Assembly (NCBI GenBank): GCA_964609895.1
Contig: CAZSTG010000003.1
Span: forward strand, 7,574-71,573
Length of the DNA stretch: 64,000 nt
Direction of reading: 5' to 3'
From: an uncultured Gammaproteobacteria bacterium
Lineage (GTDB): Bacteria > Patescibacteriota > Microgenomatia > UBA10105 > UBA927
Shown: one piece after another, positions 60,182 through 64,000 of the stretch
Numbering within the stretch: the first letter of the stretch is position 1
How the letters are laid out: each line of letters starts with the position of its first letter
Notes under the pieces: generated by a model
Seen by the model: only the letters and a program-made list of their open reading frames with translations
What the model was told of the DNA's origin: nothing
The model's database searches: none
Made by a program: the position numbers and the translations under genes

Positions 60182-60322
60182 GAGGAGAATAATATAAGCT
60201 ATTTTAAGATTATGCAAGGCTGAATTATTTGTTGTCAGATACAAGCATCTCGCAGATGTACGTCATACATGGTGTCGTCATGAAGTGTATGAGACGCCTC
60301 TTTACGGGAGCAGTATGATACC

Positions 60323-61771
60323 ATGATAAGTATGAAATCGTTGAAGAACTGGTTTGAAAAACATTCATTCCGTCTCTTTATTCTGTATTCTCTGCTTCTT
60401 GGCGTGCTTTACAGTACGCTCTCCATCGTTCGTCACAATCATTTTCAATCCGGTGCCTTTGATCTGGGACTGTATGATCAGGCGGTGTGGAAGTTCGGCC
60501 ACATGCTTGGTGCCTACAATACGGTAAAAGAACGCATTCTATTCGGTGATCATTTTGTTCTCACGCTTCCTGTATTCGGCATACTTTTTTATCTCTGGGA
60601 TAATGTACGAATTCTCTTAATTGTTCAGGCGTTTGCTATTGCGTCATCAGCAATCCCAATATTTTTGATTGCAAAAAAACGCTTGGCTTCTTCCATGGCT
60701 GCTTGTTGTGTAGGCATCATGTACAGCCTGTTTTACGGCATTCAGTATGGCGTATATTTTGATTTTCATCCGATTATCATCGGTGTTGCCGTTCTTTCTT
60801 GGCTTGCGTATTTTTGGGAATATGACAAAAGATTGTTGTTTTGGATAACGCTTGTTGTCGGACTGGCGACGCAGGAAAACATGGGGATAGCCATCGCAGG
60901 ACTGGCGGCGATATTTTTCTTTCGAAAAAAATATTGGAAAACCGCAATTATCGTCGGCATTCTTGGCATCGCATATAGTTTACTTTCCATAAAAATTTCC
61001 GCGCTGTTTTCTCCTGTGGGGTATCAATATCTGCCTCAATTGCCGACAAGTATCAGTCAGGCATTTGCCCAATTATTTGACAGTGAGGAAAAACGACAGG
61101 TGTGGTTGTATAGTTATTCTACGTTTTCCTTTCTCCCACTGTTATCTCTAGGCAGTGTGATTGCGGTGCTGGCGGATTTGTCCCAGTATTTTGTAACGGG
61201 TCCGGAATTTGCCAGAATGTGGAGTCCGTTTATGCATCATCGGGCGATTCTTGCTCCATTTCTCGTTCTTGGAACTATTGATGTATTGGCATTTCTCCGC
61301 AAACGGAAAATCCGTGTCGTCTATGTATCGGTTGTTCTTCTCGGTGTTTCGCTTATCCTGCAATACGTATTTCATTTTCCATTGAACAAACTGACCAAGT
61401 CCGCATACTGGAAAGAAGAACCGTGGATGCAGGATGCGCGGCAATTGCTTTCACTTGTTCCGAAAAACGCGTCTGTTGCTTCGCAGCAAAATTTAGTCCC
61501 ACATCTGTCGCACAGAAATGAAATATATCTCGTATGGCCGAGGCAGCATGACATTGAATCCATGCCATGCGGGCAAAAACTGTGTTGGTGGTTGGATTTT
61601 GGTGGACATCCCGAGTATCTGGTTGTTGATACGAGACCCGATCAATGGCTCACGCAGACGCTTGAATCAGATGAGAACTGGAATAGTGCTATAACGAACA
61701 TGGAAAAAGCCGGTGTGATTACACTGCAAACGGCAGTTGGAGGTGCGAGACTCTACAGAATCGTCAAATGA
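60323..61771 (+). CDS. DUF2079 membrane protein (GT-C-like)
   Basis: H..F...AFDLG.YDQ, FGDHF, LL..QA, FDFHP, LVPHLSHR. Confidence 0.8.
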   Translation: MISMKSLKNWFEKHSFRLFILYSLLLGVLYSTLSIVRHNHFQSGAFDLGLYDQAVWKFGHMLGAYNTVKERILFGDHFVLTLPVFGILFYLWDNVRILLIVQAFAIASSAIPIFLIAKKRLASSMAACCVGIMYSLFYGIQYGVYFDFHPIIIGVAVLSWLAYFWEYDKRLLFWITLVVGLATQENMGIAIAGLAAIFFFRKKYWKTAIIVGILGIAYSLLSIKISALFSPVGYQYLPQLPTSISQAFAQLFDSEEKRQVWLYSYSTFSFLPLLSLGSVIAVLADLSQYFVTGPEFARMWSPFMHHRAILAPFLVLGTIDVLAFLRKRKIRVVYVSVVLLGVSLILQYVFHFPLNKLTKSAYWKEEPWMQDARQLLSLVPKNASVASQQNLVPHLSHRNEIYLVWPRQHDIESMPCGQKLCWWLDFGGHPEYLVVDTRPDQWLTQTLESDENWNSAITNMEKAGVITLQTAVGGARLYRIVK

Positions 61772-61939
61772 CCCGTTTTTGTCTGTTTTTCCACTATAGG
61801 GTATAATAGAGGCCTGCCATGTGTTTCAATTAAGTTCCTTACTGAAAGGTCAAACTTGAAAGAAACGCTCTTTACCATCATGGGCGTGTAACTGGAGCAT
61901 CTGCAGAGAGATGCATCATTCTATGACAAGGAGTCAGAC

Positions 61940-62173
61940 ATGTTGACAGGAATGCTGTGGACTGTTGATTCAGTTCCAACTCTCGCTGATATTCAACGCG
62001 GGATAGATTTTTACGAAAAAAAATACGGCATAAAACCAGACCTTTGCTACTACTCTCAGAATGAAGTAAATTTTCCGAAACTGCCGAAGACATTAACTCG
62101 GGAACTTGAGTGTGTCGCATCGGACAAAATCAATGTAGGCAGTATATGGTTTGGCAAAAAGAAAGGAAACTAA
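61940..62173 (+). CDS. Small hypothetical protein
   Basis: 77 aa; SD AAGGAG upstream; TATAAT at 61802-61807. Confidence 0.6.
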   Translation: MLTGMLWTVDSVPTLADIQRGIDFYEKKYGIKPDLCYYSQNEVNFPKLPKTLTRELECVASDKINVGSIWFGKKKGN

Positions 62174-62195
62174 ATAACAATTACATACCATGATG

Positions 62196-62255
62196 AAACT
62201 AATACAACCGAGATTTTTCTCGTTCATCCTTTCGAGGATATTGTTGTATTAGTTT
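62196..62255. other. Three-way-junction (Y-shaped) inverted-repeat structure
   Basis: Perfect 13-bp outer stem enclosing two 5-bp hairpins, one with a TTCG loop. Confidence 0.6.
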
Positions 62256-62286
62256 TCTGCAACTTGGCCGTATAAAAAATGTTATA

Positions 62287-62315
62287 TTGAGGACAGGTGT
62301 CTATTTTGCTATACT
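62287..62315 (+). promoter_or_regulatory. Promoter of the ileS T-box leader
   Basis: TTGAGG, 17 bp spacer, TGc-TATACT. Confidence 0.65.
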
Positions 62316-62328
62316 AAGAAAAGCAAAA

Positions 62329-62499
62329 AAGCGTCATCATCTGTCATCAGCAGAGAATCGCTTGAATAAAGAACGTCTGTGCAAAGACAAGTAGAATATT
62401 CCGGGTAAGCCCGAAACAGCTGTCATTAAGAAGCAATAAAGGTGGTACCACGAACATCCGTTCGTCCTTTGTGTAATAATAAAGGAGGACGGTTTTTTT
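62329..62499 (+). ncRNA. T-box riboswitch (Ile) with ultra-short Stem I
   Basis: AAAGGTGGTACCACG at 62438-62452; antiterminator partner TTCGTCCTTT; terminator + T7 at 62458-62499; ATC codon at 62346-62348; GAAC...AGTA Stem II S-turn. Confidence 0.88.
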
Positions 62500-64000
62500 A
62501 TGGCAACACTACATATCGTATCAGGTGAAAAAACGAACATTCCCGCATGGGAGCATGATGTCCTCACGTTCTGGGATGAAACACATGCGTTTGAACAGTC
62601 CATCTCCTCTCGTCCTGCGGATAAACAATACGTATTCTACGACGGCCCTCCGTTTGCAACTGGCCTTCCGCATTACGGACATATACTTGCTTCCACCATC
62701 AAGGATGTGATTCCCCGCTATTTCACCATGAAGGGATACCGCGTAGATCGGGTCTGGGGATGGGATTGCCATGGCGTGCCAATTGAAAACATGATTGAAA
62801 AAGAACTCGGACTTACGGGTGGCAAAAAAGGCATTGAGGAGTTGGGTATCGGGAAATTCAACGACGCATGCCGCGATGCGATTCTGCGGTTTGACAAGGA
62901 ATGGGAAAAAGTGGTCAGGCGCATCGGTCGGTGGGTTGACTTCAAACATTCCTACAAAACCATGGACAAGACCTATATGGAATCCGTATGGTGGGCTTTC
63001 AAATCATTGTTTGATAAAGGGCTCGTGTATGAAGGGCGGAAAGTTATTTTGTATTGTCCGCGCTGCGCAACCCCGCTTTCCAATTTCGAAATCGCAATGG
63101 ACAACAGCTACAGGGATGTGGAAGAAGCGTCAACCACCTATAAATTCAAAGTCACAGGAGATACTGATACATATTTCCTTGCATGGTCGACAACACCGTG
63201 GACAAAACTTGTTACGACGGCACTTGCCGTGAATCCTGATTTGACATATGTGTTTGCAAAACAGGGCAATGAAACATATATATTGGCTGAGTCGCGACTC
63301 GCATCGCTTGATGAGAGGCCGTATGAAATCATAAAAAAGGTGAAAGGCTCGGATCTGCACGGCATGCATTATGAACCGCTGTATGATTTTTATCCGGAAC
63401 GGACAAAAGAGGAAACAGCGTTTATTGTTGTGGCGGATACATATGTCACGGCAACTGAGGGAACGGGAATCGTAACGCTTGCTGTGTATGGAGAAGATGA
63501 TTACCGCGTCATGAAAAATCATCATGTGCAGCTTGCGGAACATGTGGATACGGACGGCAAATTGAAAAAAGAAGTAACACCGTGGGCAGGGATGTACATC
63601 CTGAAGGCAAATCCGCTCATTGATGAGGATTTGAAAAAGCGCGGTCTGATATACAAGGAGGCGCGGATCACACACAGTATACCGACGTGCTACCGATGTG
63701 AAACCCGTTTGTATTATGCGCCCGTTCCCGCGTGGTTTATTGATATACAAAAAATAAAGCCGCAGCTGATGGAACAGAATCAACATATCAACTGGTATCC
63801 TTCGTATTTAAAAGAAGGACGGTTTGGAAAAGGGCTTGAACAGGCACCGGACTGGAATGTCTCACGGAGCAGATATTGGGGAACGCCGATGCCGATATGG
63901 GTACACACAGATGCTGACGGCAACGTGACACGACGAATCATCGGGTCTGTTGAGGAACTCAAAACATGGGCGGTTGATTCCGAATCAGTCAAAGACATCA
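62500..64000 (+). CDS. ileS: Isoleucine--tRNA ligase type 2 (IleRS2), 3'-truncated by the window edge
   Basis: MATLHIV...YDGPPFATGLPHYGH, WGWDCHG.P.E, YMESVWW, AWSTTPW, DWNVSRSRYWGTP.P.W. Confidence 0.95.
   Translation, partial: MATLHIVSGEKTNIPAWEHDVLTFWDETHAFEQSISSRPADKQYVFYDGPPFATGLPHYGHILASTIKDVIPRYFTMKGYRVDRVWGWDCHGVPIENMIEKELGLTGGKKGIEELGIGKFNDACRDAILRFDKEWEKVVRRIGRWVDFKHSYKTMDKTYMESVWWAFKSLFDKGLVYEGRKVILYCPRCATPLSNFEIAMDNSYRDVEEASTTYKFKVTGDTDTYFLAWSTTPWTKLVTTALAVNPDLTYVFAKQGNETYILAESRLASLDERPYEIIKKVKGSDLHGMHYEPLYDFYPERTKEETAFIVVADTYVTATEGTGIVTLAVYGEDDYRVMKNHHVQLAEHVDTDGKLKKEVTPWAGMYILKANPLIDEDLKKRGLIYKEARITHSIPTCYRCETRLYYAPVPAWFIDIQKIKPQLMEQNQHINWYPSYLKEGRFGKGLEQAPDWNVSRSRYWGTPMPIWVHTDADGNVTRRIIGSVEELKTWAVDSESVKDI

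Noticed and set aside
61845-61880. GGTCAAAC..GAAA..ACGC resembling a c-di-GMP-I riboswitch
   Set aside because: The P2 stem is too short and the GCAAA/P3 elements are absent.
1-64000. CRISPR array, tRNA/rRNA genes, IS transposase, reverse transcriptase/DGR
   Set aside because: None found by eye; no regularly spaced repeats or diagnostic motifs. A tRNA or Rfam scan was not run.

Overview
Bacterial chromosomal window, genetic code 11. The gene families and gene order suggest a Patescibacteria/CPR (Microgenomates-like) host; this is inference. Layout: (1) 1-23.4 kb, a surface-glycan locus with GT-C membrane proteins, GT2/GT4 glycosyltransferases, NDP-sugar enzymes, a priming transferase and DUF4012. 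(2) recO and a T-box-controlled glyQS. (3) 26.2-50.7 kb, a long dcw cluster from mraZ to ftsZ, interleaved with pgeF, murA, glmU-like, hydrolase, DegT aminotransferase, FemABX, dgkA and murI genes. (4) A ~5.7 kb AT-rich tyrosine-integrase element inserted into the last codons of ftsZ; it supplies a synonymously recoded replacement FtsZ tail. (5) A four-gene module: a strongly diverged class II ribonucleotide-reductase-like protein, a PfkB kinase, a GreA variant and a convergent CMPK2/thymidylate-kinase-like protein. This is the best candidate for an undescribed system, possibly modified-nucleotide synthesis analogous to viperin + CMPK2. (6) A DUF2079 protein, a small ORF and a T-box-controlled ileS running off the end. 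Both T-boxes have an ultra-short Stem I with the cognate codon at positions 3-5 of a 7-nt apical loop. All family assignments come from motif recognition by eye; no searches were run.
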